DNA of 36,477 nucleotides from a virus. Its lineage: Duplodnaviria > Caudoviricetes. The position numbers and the translations under genes are program-made. Below, piece by piece: positions 6,712 through 16,517 of this stretch (within the stretch, counting starts at the first letter, position 1; each line of letters starts with the position of its first letter). The notes under the pieces are model-generated. The model was not told the DNA's origin and ran no database searches. It saw only the letters and a list, made by a program, of their open reading frames with translations. Location: positions 1-36,477 of the IMG/VR virus record IMGVR_UViG_3300032247_000480; one strand, 5' to 3'.

Positions 6712-8181
6712 TTAATTGTCAGTAAAGTATGTTAACATTATAGTGTACTTACTCACCGTATTACTAGTATGATTCAACTGTATTTTTTGTGCCCTTGTTG
6801 CCGTTGCTGTACCTCTTACAATGTAGCATAAGACGTTGTTAACACCACTTAAAGTATTACTTGTATTTGCGTTCCCCATATACCATATTTCATTATCATT
6901 TGCTGTGTAGCCAGTCATTGAACGCGGCACTGGCATATCTGATGGAATATCAAGCAAAACTTGTGTAACTCCAGAACCGGTATTTGCATAGTTTAATTTT
7001 AAACAAAGCGTTACAACTGTTCCTCTTTGACTCCAACAATACTGATTGTTGGTAGTTCCACTTGGTGCTGAAGATGCTGTGAAATTGATGGTACCAGTAT
7101 ATGCTTTAAAAGCACTATCAATACTCTTAACGTAGGTAATTGTTCCTGATGTAGAGTATACTAATCCAGTTCCGTTTAATACAGATTGAACTTGCTGCCT
7201 AGAAATTCTATTACTATTTGCGGTATCTACCACTAACCCCCAAGTTTTGCCGGTAACAGTTGGCAATGAATCTTTATTTAAAATTAATGATGTCCCTGTA
7301 AGCCTACTTGATAAAGTACCTCCTGTTAATGGTAGGTATGTTGCTGCTGCTGTTGATGATGTTAAATAAGTCGCTGATGCTCTTTGCCTAGTTAATATAC
7401 TTGCATCACTTGTATCTACTGCTATTGTGATATTTGGGGTTGTTGTTGAATTTGCTACACTTGCCGAAATACCTAATCCGTTTGTTCTTGCTACACTCGT
7501 AACTGTGCCATTTATTGAAATAGGAGCATAAGTAGCAGCAGCCCTTTGTCTTGATAAAATAGATGTGCTTGATGTATCAACTAATAATGTTCCTGTCGTT
7601 GTAATAGTACCACCACTTAATCCTAATCCTGTTGCAACACTTGTAACACTACCATTACCTTTTGCAGCAATTGCAGTCGCTAAAACTAAACTATCATTGT
7701 AAGCCTTGCCCAATGTTGCAACGCCTGTAAATCTTGTTGTAGTGTCTATTTTAATAGTGTTACTTGTAATTGATAACGGGGCATTTGCTGTTGTTATTCT
7801 GTTAGTATAGGCGGCATCCCATAACGCTTGCGATGCAGTTGTTGGTAATGAATAACCACTAGAATAAGTTATTGCAATAGTACCAGTATCTGTTATGGGT
7901 GAGCCTGTTGTTGTTAACCCTGTTGGGGTTGTTAATTTTACACTTTTAACAGTACCGCCGCTTCCCCCCAATTTTTGCCAAACACTTTTGTATTTAAACC
8001 ACAACGAACTATCCGCACGTCTCAAAATTATTTGAGAACTATCGGAAATATCGCCCATAGTAGTGTCTTTTGTTGGCAAACCTAACCCATTTGTAAATCT
8101 TTGTTTACCTGCAATTGGTGTCCAACTTTGCGAATGTGCAACGCCGCTAATAAGTAATAGTAAAATAAATATAAATCTCAT
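6712..8181 (-). CDS. Tail-fibre-like Thr/Gly/Ser-rich repeat protein with an N-terminal Sec signal peptide
   Basis: MRFIFILLLLISGVAHS|Q signal; G(T/S)V(T/K)SV repeats, VDTS-x-SIL-x-RQRA-x-ATY repeats and a YLPLTGGTL fibre motif. Confidence 0.7.
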   Translation of the reverse strand: MRFIFILLLLISGVAHSQSWTPIAGKQRFTNGLGLPTKDTTMGDISDSSQIILRRADSSLWFKYKSVWQKLGGSGGTVKSVKLTTPTGLTTTGSPITDTGTIAITYSSGYSLPTTASQALWDAAYTNRITTANAPLSITSNTIKIDTTTRFTGVATLGKAYNDSLVLATAIAAKGNGSVTSVATGLGLSGGTITTTGTLLVDTSSTSILSRQRAAATYAPISINGTVTSVARTNGLGISASVANSTTTPNITIAVDTSDASILTRQRASATYLTSSTAAATYLPLTGGTLSSRLTGTSLILNKDSLPTVTGKTWGLVVDTANSNRISRQQVQSVLNGTGLVYSTSGTITYVKSIDSAFKAYTGTINFTASSAPSGTTNNQYCWSQRGTVVTLCLKLNYANTGSGVTQVLLDIPSDMPVPRSMTGYTANDNEIWYMGNANTSNTLSGVNNVLCYIVRGTATATRAQKIQLNHTSNTVSKYTIMLTYFTDN

Positions 8182-8729
8182 TATGGTTTTATAATTTCTG
8201 TGTACAAAATAAATAAAGTTTCACCAGCAGACAAACTATTTATTAAAGTAAGCACGCCTGTAGTCTTGTTAAATGAATAATCTGTTGTTAATAGGGGTTT
8301 AATTTCTCTTTCAATTTGCAAAATATCTTTGCCTTGTAATGCAATAAATGTAATAACACTTTCGCCATCTGCCGTTGCTGTGTAGCTTGTAGATGAAGTC
8401 TTTTGATAATAACCCACCGGCAATGCAGCCCCTCCGCTTGGTGCAGGTGGTTGATAGGCTGCAGGAGTGCCCCCAACAATGTAAAATGTGTTATTGTTAC
8501 TTTCCGAACTTGTAGCGTATTTGATTGATCCATTAGCTGTTGATATTTGCACCAATCCATCTTTAACAAGGGTTTCATCCCATTTAAACTGCTGCCCTGT
8601 GTATGGTAATTGATTAGCATTAGCAATATTATTATCTTGTAATAACTTCACAAAATAATCCATTGTTCCGTAAGTGTTCATACATACGTCTGCCAAACTT
8701 TGCCCATTAACTGCTTTAAAAATCAACAT
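8181..8729 (-). CDS. LysM-like tail/baseplate protein (P2 gpX-like) with an extra C-terminal domain
   Basis: GQSLADVCMNTYGTMDYFVKLLQDN LysM-like motif; baseplate context. Confidence 0.7.
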   Translation of the reverse strand: MLIFKAVNGQSLADVCMNTYGTMDYFVKLLQDNNIANANQLPYTGQQFKWDETLVKDGLVQISTANGSIKYATSSESNNNTFYIVGGTPAAYQPPAPSGGAALPVGYYQKTSSTSYTATADGESVITFIALQGKDILQIEREIKPLLTTDYSFNKTTGVLTLINSLSAGETLFILYTEIIKP

Positions 8730-9027
8730 TTACATTTGGGTTTATTGTTAGTAACCCTGATGCGTTCAAGGTTACATAATTTGAATTTAATGTATATCCG
8801 TCCGCTTGCAATTGCGTTTTAACATTTTTATTTACTTCTTGAGCTGATGTATTCGATTTCATATATCGCATTAATCCTACGCCCATAAATGGGTATTCTT
8901 TCCACCATCCTGGGAAGGCATTTATAATATCAATAATATGCTGCTCATCACTTTCGGCAACATACATATCCCCATTTACGAAAGCAATGTCGTTGTTTTC
9001 AAGTGCTATATCGTAACGTAATGCCAT
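8716..9027 (-). CDS. Baseplate wedge protein (gp25/gpW-like)
   Basis: PGWWKEYPFMGVGL motif; about 100 aa, following the spike gene. Confidence 0.7.
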   Translation of the reverse strand: MALRYDIALENNDIAFVNGDMYVAESDEQHIIDIINAFPGWWKEYPFMGVGLMRYMKSNTSAQEVNKNVKTQLQADGYTLNSNYVTLNASGLLTINPNVNVDF

Positions 9028-9551
9028 TATTGTTTTATTTTAGTGTTTTCAATATCACCTTTAACAGTTTTTGCAAGCGGTGTTTCTGCCCAAGTTGTTG
9101 ATGTTGCTTTTAATGCAGCACCGCCATCGCTTGGTACGGGTGACCAACTGCTAAATGCTTGTTTTAAAGACTTAATATCATCCTCAATATTATTCAACCT
9201 TGTAACTAAATCATTTACTTTTACCAATCCGCCTAACTGCCCACCAAAGAACTCAACACCGTCCAAATCGCTACATTGCACAATTACCGCATCTTGTTTA
9301 GTTGCATAAATCAACGTTACATTTGAACCAATGGAAGGAATTAATAAAATGCCATCCCCAACCATTGTTTGTAATTTAACGCCTTCTAAATTAACCTCAG
9401 TTTCATTCGTTAAAATAGCAACGGTGCAGGTTCTCGTAGCCTTATCAACGCTCACAACTTCGCCAACGGCAAGCGTAACGCCTTGCTTGCCAAATGTACC
9501 AGCCATTTTAGCAATACTTGTTGTTATACTTCTATCGTGTTGGCTATTCAT
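9027..9551 (-). CDS. Baseplate spike protein (gpV/gp45-like OB fold)
   Basis: GEVVSVDKATRTCTV...LIPSIGSNV OB-fold pattern; follows the hub gene. Confidence 0.7.
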   Translation of the reverse strand: MNSQHDRSITTSIAKMAGTFGKQGVTLAVGEVVSVDKATRTCTVAILTNETEVNLEGVKLQTMVGDGILLIPSIGSNVTLIYATKQDAVIVQCSDLDGVEFFGGQLGGLVKVNDLVTRLNNIEDDIKSLKQAFSSWSPVPSDGGAALKATSTTWAETPLAKTVKGDIENTKIKQ

Positions 9552-10837
9552 TATTTTATTTGTATTGGTTTTCCGTTTGCGTCCAATGATGTTATTAAAT
9601 AATCAAGTATGATCGTTTGCCTATGTCCTTGCACTCCGCCGTTATACTCAACCCCTTTAACCTTATATCTACCATTCCTTTCGGGCAAAATATCGTCTAA
9701 AATATTAACGTTATCCCCTTGCTTGATATAAGGAATTCCAAAAGTAACAAATTTTCCTTTGAACCCTGTGTAAAAATATTTTTGCAATTCCTCAATCCCT
9801 TTTTGGAACAATTTTTTTTCATTAAGAATATTAATAAAATGCAGCGTTCGGCGTTCCCCTTCCACGTTCGGCGGTAACTCTACATTTTTTAGTTTTTTGA
9901 TGTAATCCCAATCGCCCAAACTGCCGTCCGACTTCTTTTTTTTCTTATTCCAAAATACCAACAATTGCAGCTTTTCTTTTTTAGTCTTTGCGAAGCCGTC
10001 CGCCGTTTCGTCTCCAGTAAATGTTTCGTAGTTGCTGTTTACAATTGCACTCAATATAACATCATCTTTACGTTTGTATTGCAAGTCATCACTAATAATG
10101 TTTTGTTGAAATTTGAAAGTGGTTGATATTGCATTTCCATTTGCATCTACATTATCGCTATCCAAATAAACTTTACTACCAACTCGAAACTCACTTATTA
10201 CAGTTCCGTCCTTTTGCTTTACGTTCTTAAAATAACACTCTAAATGTGCATCCTTACGCAATCTATCGGCTAATTGTGCAACAGTTTCGTTTAATATCAT
10301 AAACGGCCCAATAGTCGTTTGCGTTAATCTGTTTACAGTAAACTTAGTATCTTTTAATAATGATGCAAACAAATCTTCTACAGTACCTTTCCACGTTTGG
10401 GGCGTGCAGCTAATTTGCTTTAACAAATACATATTGTCTTCACATTTCAGCGTTATAGGCTTTTTGCTTGACACTTCTACAATGTAGCCGTCAAACACTT
10501 GGGCAACTTCTTCTACTTCGTTAATGTGGTTTATTTGGTCTAAATAATATCTGTAACCGAATGAAATTGTAATCTTATCCCCACGCAAAAATAGTGGTGT
10601 GTTGTTATCGAAACCTCCGGCATTTTTACTTGGATCACCTAAATAAAACAAATTATCTTGCTCATCCCTAACATAAATATTTTTCGGAAATTTTACCTCC
10701 GCCTGGTTGGTTAAATCCACCCAAGTATCAGTAGCGTTAAACTCATTCACAAAGTCGAAAGAAAGGGTCTTGTTTCGCCCCGGCTGCTGCCCTTGCACAA
10801 TCTTAATATATGTTACACACCTAAACATTGTTAGCAA
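9551..10837 (-). CDS. Baseplate hub protein (late control D/gp44-like)
   Basis: VFDGYIVEV...LKCEDNMYLLKQ and GFKGKFVTFGIP...GRYKVKGV motifs; synteny. Confidence 0.75.
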   Translation of the reverse strand: MLTMFRCVTYIKIVQGQQPGRNKTLSFDFVNEFNATDTWVDLTNQAEVKFPKNIYVRDEQDNLFYLGDPSKNAGGFDNNTPLFLRGDKITISFGYRYYLDQINHINEVEEVAQVFDGYIVEVSSKKPITLKCEDNMYLLKQISCTPQTWKGTVEDLFASLLKDTKFTVNRLTQTTIGPFMILNETVAQLADRLRKDAHLECYFKNVKQKDGTVISEFRVGSKVYLDSDNVDANGNAISTTFKFQQNIISDDLQYKRKDDVILSAIVNSNYETFTGDETADGFAKTKKEKLQLLVFWNKKKKKSDGSLGDWDYIKKLKNVELPPNVEGERRTLHFINILNEKKLFQKGIEELQKYFYTGFKGKFVTFGIPYIKQGDNVNILDDILPERNGRYKVKGVEYNGGVQGHRQTIILDYLITSLDANGKPIQIK

Positions 10838-11483
10838 TCTTTAATTCAACAGGCAAATCACTAATGCAATTCATTGTAAAAGTTTGGTAACTGTAACCGC
10901 CTGCAACTTGTGGTAAAGAACAATCCTCGACAACTAAGCTATTAATCCCCAAAGTTTGGTTAAGGAATGAAGATGTAACAGCCTTTGCTACTGGCGCTTT
11001 TCGCCAAAGATTCAATAGGTTTACTTCATTTTGTGGGTAATGCCCGTTGTAACCCGATATAACCCCTTGTATTGCAATCTTAGCGTCATCTTGCCCAATA
11101 TATTCTTTTACACTACCATCACGCCCTTGTATTTCAGTTTTTATAATCCTTGCCACAAAATCAACAGTCATTATAACCGTTGCAAATCTTATCGTTGGAA
11201 ACGTTATGTCTTTTTTTAAAAGGTTATCATAATACACACCTCCATTTAATGTAAGGTCGGCAAATATTGGTGTACCTAATAAGTTTTCGTTATATTGGTT
11301 TTGCGGAGTGTTTAAAGCAATATCGGCACCGCTTTTTGTAGGGTCGCCACTTAATACACTTGGATTGTACTTGTTATCCCTTGCATCGGGTACGTGAACA
11401 TTTTTTAAGTTTAAAGCACGAATTAACCCTGCTGTATTAGCAATGATATTAAGTTGTTGATTTATGTTGTCTAATGTACTCAT
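10821..11483 (-). CDS. Tail tube initiator-like protein (DUF6046-like)
   Basis: IIKTEIQGRDGSVKEYIG motif and C-terminal CISD; lies between tape measure and hub. Confidence 0.7.
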   Translation of the reverse strand: MSTLDNINQQLNIIANTAGLIRALNLKNVHVPDARDNKYNPSVLSGDPTKSGADIALNTPQNQYNENLLGTPIFADLTLNGGVYYDNLLKKDITFPTIRFATVIMTVDFVARIIKTEIQGRDGSVKEYIGQDDAKIAIQGVISGYNGHYPQNEVNLLNLWRKAPVAKAVTSSFLNQTLGINSLVVEDCSLPQVAGGYSYQTFTMNCISDLPVELKIANNV

Positions 11484-12100
11484 TATATTCCTGCGGTAAT
11501 GTTATATTTTGGCTTTTTAATTTTGCCATAAAGATAACTTTTTATTATAGCTTTTGAATAAATAGTTTTTTCGGAAGCTTCAATTATTGAACCATATAAA
11601 ATACCATCAATTGAAACTTTTGCCCCATATCGTTCTCTTTGTGTTGCTTTCATTTTTTCAATATCCCCCAAAATCCTACCTTTTAATTTTAATTTTAAAT
11701 TTTCCTTAAAAGCTTCACTCCTTTTTTTACCTCGATTACTTTCGTGTAATCTTTTTAATTGTTCGTAATTTACTAATTTCTTTTTTTGCCCATTTGACAA
11801 TATGCAACTAAGTTCGTTGCTTGCTCCGTTTCCTATTCTCAAATTAACTAATGGATATTTTTCAAAATATAAATTAGTCCAGTAAATTTCACGTTCTACG
11901 GCTATTTCATTGCTTACCTCTTCAATTAACAATATTCCTATCCCTTCCCTTGTTTGTGCATCTCTTATCCAAACTTCACGCTTACAATCCCCTTTTGAAC
12001 ATTTATGAGATTTTAATCTTGTTTTTAATTCTTGTTTTGTCATTCCAACATACATTGGAATATTAACACCAATTTCGTATAAATAGTATATTTTTTTCAT
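11483..12100 (-). CDS. Free-standing GIY-YIG homing endonuclease with NUMOD3/NUMOD1-like DNA-binding repeats
   Basis: IYYL...YVGMT...RLKSH...ERE...N nuclease motif; NRGKKRSEAFKENL and YGSIIEAS. Start placed at 12100 because a TATATTTG promoter box overlaps the longer start. Confidence 0.85.
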   Translation of the reverse strand: MKKIYYLYEIGVNIPMYVGMTKQELKTRLKSHKCSKGDCKREVWIRDAQTREGIGILLIEEVSNEIAVEREIYWTNLYFEKYPLVNLRIGNGASNELSCILSNGQKKKLVNYEQLKRLHESNRGKKRSEAFKENLKLKLKGRILGDIEKMKATQRERYGAKVSIDGILYGSIIEASEKTIYSKAIIKSYLYGKIKKPKYNITAGI

Positions 12101-12104
12101 AGTG

Positions 12105-12112
12105 CAAATATA
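12105..12112 (-). promoter_or_regulatory. Bacteroidota -7 promoter box (TATATTTG) of the endonuclease gene
   Basis: Minus strand reads TATATTTGCACTATG; matches TAnnTTTG. Confidence 0.55.
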
Positions 12113-12127
12113 CATATATTCTCGCTA

Positions 12128-13756
12128 CTATATGCCAGAAATAATTTGCGAATCATTTACAGCACTCAATAAAGTTTGTGCAACCAATTCTCTAACCTTA
12201 CTACTACTTTCTTGAATGTTTGCTGTTGATATTTTAAAAGTTTCAATCATTTTAGCAATTGAAATGTTAATAGTTACTACTTTTTGACCTGTTGCCCCTT
12301 TTGGTGCAAGGTCTTTTACTGGTTCGTCGTGATTGCCTTTTGTTTTAGCAACTTTGCTTTTACCTGTATATGTAGCAGTTGTTGCTAATCTAGCTTTTAA
12401 AGTTTCAATATCCCCCTCCAACTTCTCTTTTTGAGCCTCAGTATGCGATAAAGATTGCCACCAAAAACTATTACTTTCTTCTTGCTGCATAGCAACCAAT
12501 CTTCTTTCCAAGGGTTCTAACTCCTCTTGTATTTTCTTTTTTTCATCAAGCAAAGAAAATAATAAAGCGTCCTCTCTCGTTTTGCCTAATTTTTCATATT
12601 TGCTTATTAATTTATCAATAGTTTCCTCTTCATAACTACCGACAACACTTGCATATTCATCGTGAACCCTTTGCAAATTCTTTTCTGCTTCACCTGCTGA
12701 ATAGTAAGCAAATGCTAGCGTACCCAATGCTGCAACTAATAACCCAACGGGCCCAAGTGCTAATGTCATTGCTGCTTGAAATGCTGTTGTTGCTTCCGCC
12801 GTGCCAACTAAAACGGGTATTAATCCACTAAGTGCCGATGTTACACCTTGCAGTATTGAAGCCCCTTTAAAAGCCAACCATAAACTACCAACTGTTTTGG
12901 CAAGCGGCACTATTGTATCTTGGTTTCTTTTGACCCACTCCCATCCTTGTTTTAATTTTTCTATTAACCCAAATAGTGTTTGTATAGTCGCGGTTATTGC
13001 TGGTTTTAAATCAGTAAACATTTTGTTTTTTAACTGAAACATAGCATCGCCCAAATTAGATATTTGAACACTTGTATTGCCTGCCATATTTTCTAATCCG
13101 TGATAATAAATACCTCCCTCAGCGTGTGCTTTTTTCAAAGCCATAGTTAAATTATCATAGCTTATTTCCATATCCTTTACTTTGGATATTGGTTGTCCCG
13201 TTGCATCGGCTAAAACTTTGTAAATATTAACGCCTGCATAAGCAAATTGCTTAATGTCTAATGCGGTTGCCTTACCAGCATTTTTAATTTGTTGTAAATT
13301 TACAACCATTCTTTGCAATTCAACATCACCTCCGCCTGTTGCTGCAATTGCGTTTGATAAATTCAAAACATCTTCTCTTGCTTGTTTTGATTCAACACCT
13401 GCACTAATTAAGGCTTTATTGGCAGCTAATAACCCCTCAAATGCAAATGGAGTTTTTTGTGCATCTTCCATAGTGTTTTTAATAACACCCGAAGCCTCAT
13501 TACTATCTTTTAATAAAGTTGTTAATCCTGTTTGTGCATTTTCAACAGTTGTACCTGCTGCAATCATTGACATCCCAAAATCTTTAATTGCACTTAACCC
13601 AAAAGCAATACCAATAGCAGCCCCTACTTTTCCAATAGTGCCTTGCAGCGTTGACATAGTTCCGTCAAGTTGCCTTGCATTGTTATCAGCTTCTTTAATT
13701 TTGCCACTAAGCAAATCTTTAAGCGATAACTCATATTCTACTTTTTCTGCTGCCAT
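12128..13756 (-). CDS. Tail tape measure protein
   Basis: Tape-measure N-terminal domain (AQKTPFAFEGL...LSNAIAATGG...QFAYAGVNIY); Ala-rich and helical; follows the chaperone genes. Confidence 0.9.
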   Translation of the reverse strand: MAAEKVEYELSLKDLLSGKIKEADNNARQLDGTMSTLQGTIGKVGAAIGIAFGLSAIKDFGMSMIAAGTTVENAQTGLTTLLKDSNEASGVIKNTMEDAQKTPFAFEGLLAANKALISAGVESKQAREDVLNLSNAIAATGGGDVELQRMVVNLQQIKNAGKATALDIKQFAYAGVNIYKVLADATGQPISKVKDMEISYDNLTMALKKAHAEGGIYYHGLENMAGNTSVQISNLGDAMFQLKNKMFTDLKPAITATIQTLFGLIEKLKQGWEWVKRNQDTIVPLAKTVGSLWLAFKGASILQGVTSALSGLIPVLVGTAEATTAFQAAMTLALGPVGLLVAALGTLAFAYYSAGEAEKNLQRVHDEYASVVGSYEEETIDKLISKYEKLGKTREDALLFSLLDEKKKIQEELEPLERRLVAMQQEESNSFWWQSLSHTEAQKEKLEGDIETLKARLATTATYTGKSKVAKTKGNHDEPVKDLAPKGATGQKVVTINISIAKMIETFKISTANIQESSSKVRELVAQTLLSAVNDSQIISGI

Positions 13757-13926
13757 TAATTACTCCATTGATTTGTTTTCTTTAAAGCATATTTTAATCT
13801 GCCTACATACCTTGCAAATTTATCCTCATCCAAAGTGTCCGGGTCAACGTGAAAATAAAACTGTATTAAACTTTCCCACTCTGTTATCGCATCACAAGCC
13901 GAATCGTCAATAATTGCCTCAGCTAT
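13756..13926 (-). CDS. Tail assembly chaperone -1 frameshift extension (gpGT-like; not in the ORF track)
   Basis: The -1 frame after TTT AAA AAA AAA reads IAEAIIDDSACDAITEWESLIQFYFHVDPDTLDEDKFARYVGRLKYALKKTNQWSN*; its stop overlaps the tape measure ATG; it has no in-frame ATG. Confidence 0.8.
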   Translation of the reverse strand: MAEAIIDDSACDAITEWESLIQFYFHVDPDTLDEDKFARYVGRLKYALKKTNQWSN

Positions 13927-14258
13927 TTTTTTTTAAACTGATTAATTGACATTGAGATAAGATTGTAAGCCTCCCAAACTGCACCCAAATAATATTTGTC
14001 GTTTTCAGGCTTTTCATCATAAATACAACTATCACTATCAGCTTTCAATAAATACCCGTCTACAACCTCCGCAGCACTTGTCATAGGTGCATTCATAGCC
14101 TTATCCATTACTCTAAGTTTAACAAACCTTGGAGGCTCTTTTATAAACCCTACAACTTGTTCATCTTCACCCTCGGCTTTAAACACCAACGGATGAACCT
14201 TACATTGTTCTCTAATGCTAAGTTCATCCGCTTTTGCTTGTATTTCTTGTTCTGTCAT
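13923..14258 (-). CDS. Tail assembly chaperone (gpG-like)
   Basis: Between tube and tape measure; ends FKKK* on an A9 slippery run. Confidence 0.8.
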   Translation of the reverse strand: MTEQEIQAKADELSIREQCKVHPLVFKAEGEDEQVVGFIKEPPRFVKLRVMDKAMNAPMTSAAEVVDGYLLKADSDSCIYDEKPENDKYYLGAVWEAYNLISMSINQFKKK

Positions 14259-14284
14259 AAAAAATAATTTACGACAAAAGTAGG

Positions 14285-14698
14285 TTATTTATCAATTAAA
14301 CCAATAATCAAAGGTATTGTTACCATTAATTTTGTGTCCCCTTGATTTGCCGTTAATGGGTCTTCCATAAATTCAACACTACGCAAAACATCTTTTTCAG
14401 GTGTAATGCCAGCACCAGCAAACACAACTTGAATATCGAACGGAGGAATAGCCAATGGGTCACGCCCTGGGCTTGAAGCAATGATACGTTTCCACTCGTC
14501 AACGTACAATTCAATGCTACCCTCATATTCATAGTTACCATAACCACGACTTGTAGGCTGTGAACCTGCCCCGTAGTTATTTTCTTTTTTCTGTTTACGC
14601 TTGTATTCAATTTTAGTAATTCCCACAACTGGCACTCCAAAAAGAACCAAAGAAATTGTTGACCAACTGTAATTTATGCCATTAATTAAAGGTATCAT
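14285..14698 (-). CDS. Tail tube protein
   Basis: INGINYSW...GITKIEY...YGAGSQPTSRGYGNYEYEGSIEL; follows the sheath. Confidence 0.85.
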   Translation of the reverse strand: MIPLINGINYSWSTISLVLFGVPVVGITKIEYKRKQKKENNYGAGSQPTSRGYGNYEYEGSIELYVDEWKRIIASSPGRDPLAIPPFDIQVVFAGAGITPEKDVLRSVEFMEDPLTANQGDTKLMVTIPLIIGLIDK

Positions 14699-14704
14699 AT
14701 CTTA

Positions 14705-16228
14705 TTAAATTTTAGTTGTGAAGCCAATATTTACGGTGATTTGTCTTGCAACACCTATCGGCAATAATTTTACTGTAACATTTAGATTGCTTGTAGATAG
14801 AACGTTTTGCGTTGGATCAACAATAACAGAGTATGCACTCAATTCGTTATCCCTTGCCATTTGTGCAAGTGGTAAACCCCCTTGGCTTTCAAAGTATGCT
14901 ACTGTTGCATCTGTTAAAGTTCCATCTGCATTAAGTTTTAAAGGGCTGTTTAAGTCTTGTATTAATGTAGAATAAACTCCTCTAATTGCCTTATCAATAG
15001 TTCTAACGTTTTCAATGTAAGCGTAATCGCTTGATATAGCAATTGAAGTATGACTATCGTTCCAATAAGTACCTGTTACACCTACATACTTAATTAAAAA
15101 AATGTATCTGTAATCGTCCAATTGGTTTAACAATTGTTGAGATATTTCGCTTAACAATTGACCGTTTGCAAATCCAACTGTGTCGCATTCTACACCATCA
15201 GATATGTTAAAGTTTGCAACCCACGCAATATCTGTACTTACTTTTGCAGCACTAACAGAACCAGCTAACGCTCCAATATTGGTAATTGAAACCCCAGCGT
15301 GTTCAAACAAATAACCTCCTAATCCACCAAAGTCTTGGCTAATTACAGCACTAACATTTGAAGCCGTTAATGTTTGCAAGTTTAACAAATCAGTTGATAA
15401 ATCGTACTCGATTAAATTAGACCCATAAAGAACGCTGAAAGGTTTGTGATTGGCGGCGTTTGTATCACACACACCTTGTATGGTCGTAAGGCTTGTAGTG
15501 TCAAAACTATAATCTAAATGATAAATAGCTATTTGTCTACACTTGCCATTTGCTGCGGTTTGCAGTAATGTTAGTTCTTCAAAATTATACCCCATTGTAG
15601 GTGCATAAATTCCAATAAATAACTTGCCTGTTGGGTTTAATCTAAAGAACTCGCTAATGTGGTAATGATATAAAGCAAGTTTGCTATAAGTACCATCTGC
15701 AAACTGCACAACGGTACTATCTACAGATAATTGACACGATGTAGGCGAATATGTTGCAAATAATTTTGTGCCGGTATTAAGAAATATACCATTTCTTTTT
15801 GGTGCATAAATGATGCAAGCCCCATCTTCTTCGGCTGTGTAACCGTGTTGATACGTGCCTGCATTGATTACATTTGCCAATGCAGCATGTTGCTGTGCTT
15901 GCGTTGTTTGAGCAGAAGTTTTAGTGTAAGTTCCTAAATTTATACTGCCATTAATATCTTCAACAGTAATAGTAACTTTATCTCCATTATCTCCAATGGT
16001 ATCAAAATATATTACTCCTTGTGCTTTAATAGCATCACTATAATCGTTTACAATTCCCAATGCTTCAGCTTGTGCAACACTTAATACAGGTTTTACCCTG
16101 TCCGTTGAATCAAAGCCACTTGGTAAATCGTCAGAATATAGCAATAAACCACTTATAAAATCTTCGCCTTGTGCGGGTCTGCCTAAGCCACCCTGCCCTT
16201 TAACGAATACTATGTCATTTAGTGCCAT
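14705..16228 (-). CDS. Tail sheath protein (DUF2586-like)
   Basis: KGQGGLGR N-terminus, YHISEFFR, SDYAYIENVRTIDKAIR and PIGVARQITVNIGF C-terminus. Confidence 0.85.
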   Translation of the reverse strand: MALNDIVFVKGQGGLGRPAQGEDFISGLLLYSDDLPSGFDSTDRVKPVLSVAQAEALGIVNDYSDAIKAQGVIYFDTIGDNGDKVTITVEDINGSINLGTYTKTSAQTTQAQQHAALANVINAGTYQHGYTAEEDGACIIYAPKRNGIFLNTGTKLFATYSPTSCQLSVDSTVVQFADGTYSKLALYHYHISEFFRLNPTGKLFIGIYAPTMGYNFEELTLLQTAANGKCRQIAIYHLDYSFDTTSLTTIQGVCDTNAANHKPFSVLYGSNLIEYDLSTDLLNLQTLTASNVSAVISQDFGGLGGYLFEHAGVSITNIGALAGSVSAAKVSTDIAWVANFNISDGVECDTVGFANGQLLSEISQQLLNQLDDYRYIFLIKYVGVTGTYWNDSHTSIAISSDYAYIENVRTIDKAIRGVYSTLIQDLNSPLKLNADGTLTDATVAYFESQGGLPLAQMARDNELSAYSVIVDPTQNVLSTSNLNVTVKLLPIGVARQITVNIGFTTKI

Positions 16229-16233
16229 TGTAA

Positions 16234-16461
16234 TTATTTTTTCTTGTTAGTAGATGTTGTGTCCGCTTTTGCGATTGGTTCATTCGGTTGTGATGCTGGT
16301 TCTGCAACCGGTTCGATTGGTTTATTTGGTTGTGCTGTTTCCCCTAATTCTACTTTTTCAGCACCTGCAACCTCTTGAATAAAAATGTTGTTATCTTTTA
16401 CCCAAACTGTTTTAACGTGGGGTAAATGTGCTACCGATTTTTTTATTACTTCTAATTTCAT
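16234..16461 (-). CDS. Hypothetical small protein with a Pro/Glu-rich tail
   Basis: ORF between the capsid module and the sheath. Confidence 0.65.
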   Translation of the reverse strand: MKLEVIKKSVAHLPHVKTVWVKDNNIFIQEVAGAEKVELGETAQPNKPIEPVAEPASQPNEPIAKADTTSTNKKK

Positions 16462-16478
16462 AAATGTTTTTGTTTTTT

Positions 16479-16508
16479 AAAAAGGCTCACTAATTAGCAA
16501 GCCTTTTT
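16479..16508 (-). terminator. Intrinsic terminator
   Basis: AAAAAGGCT...AGCCTTTTT inverted repeat just after ORF 16518-16946. Confidence 0.65.
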
Positions 16509-16517
16509 AGTTTAATA

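Noticed and set aside
6712-8181. Diversity-generating retroelement target
   Set aside because: No reverse transcriptase and no template/variable repeat pair was seen in the genome.
11483-12127. Group I intron around the GIY-YIG gene
   Set aside because: Only about 27 nt of non-coding flank and intact neighbouring genes leave no room for a ribozyme core.
13254-13913. 219-aa plus-strand ORF
   Set aside because: Antisense shadow of the Ala-rich tape measure gene, with no motifs.
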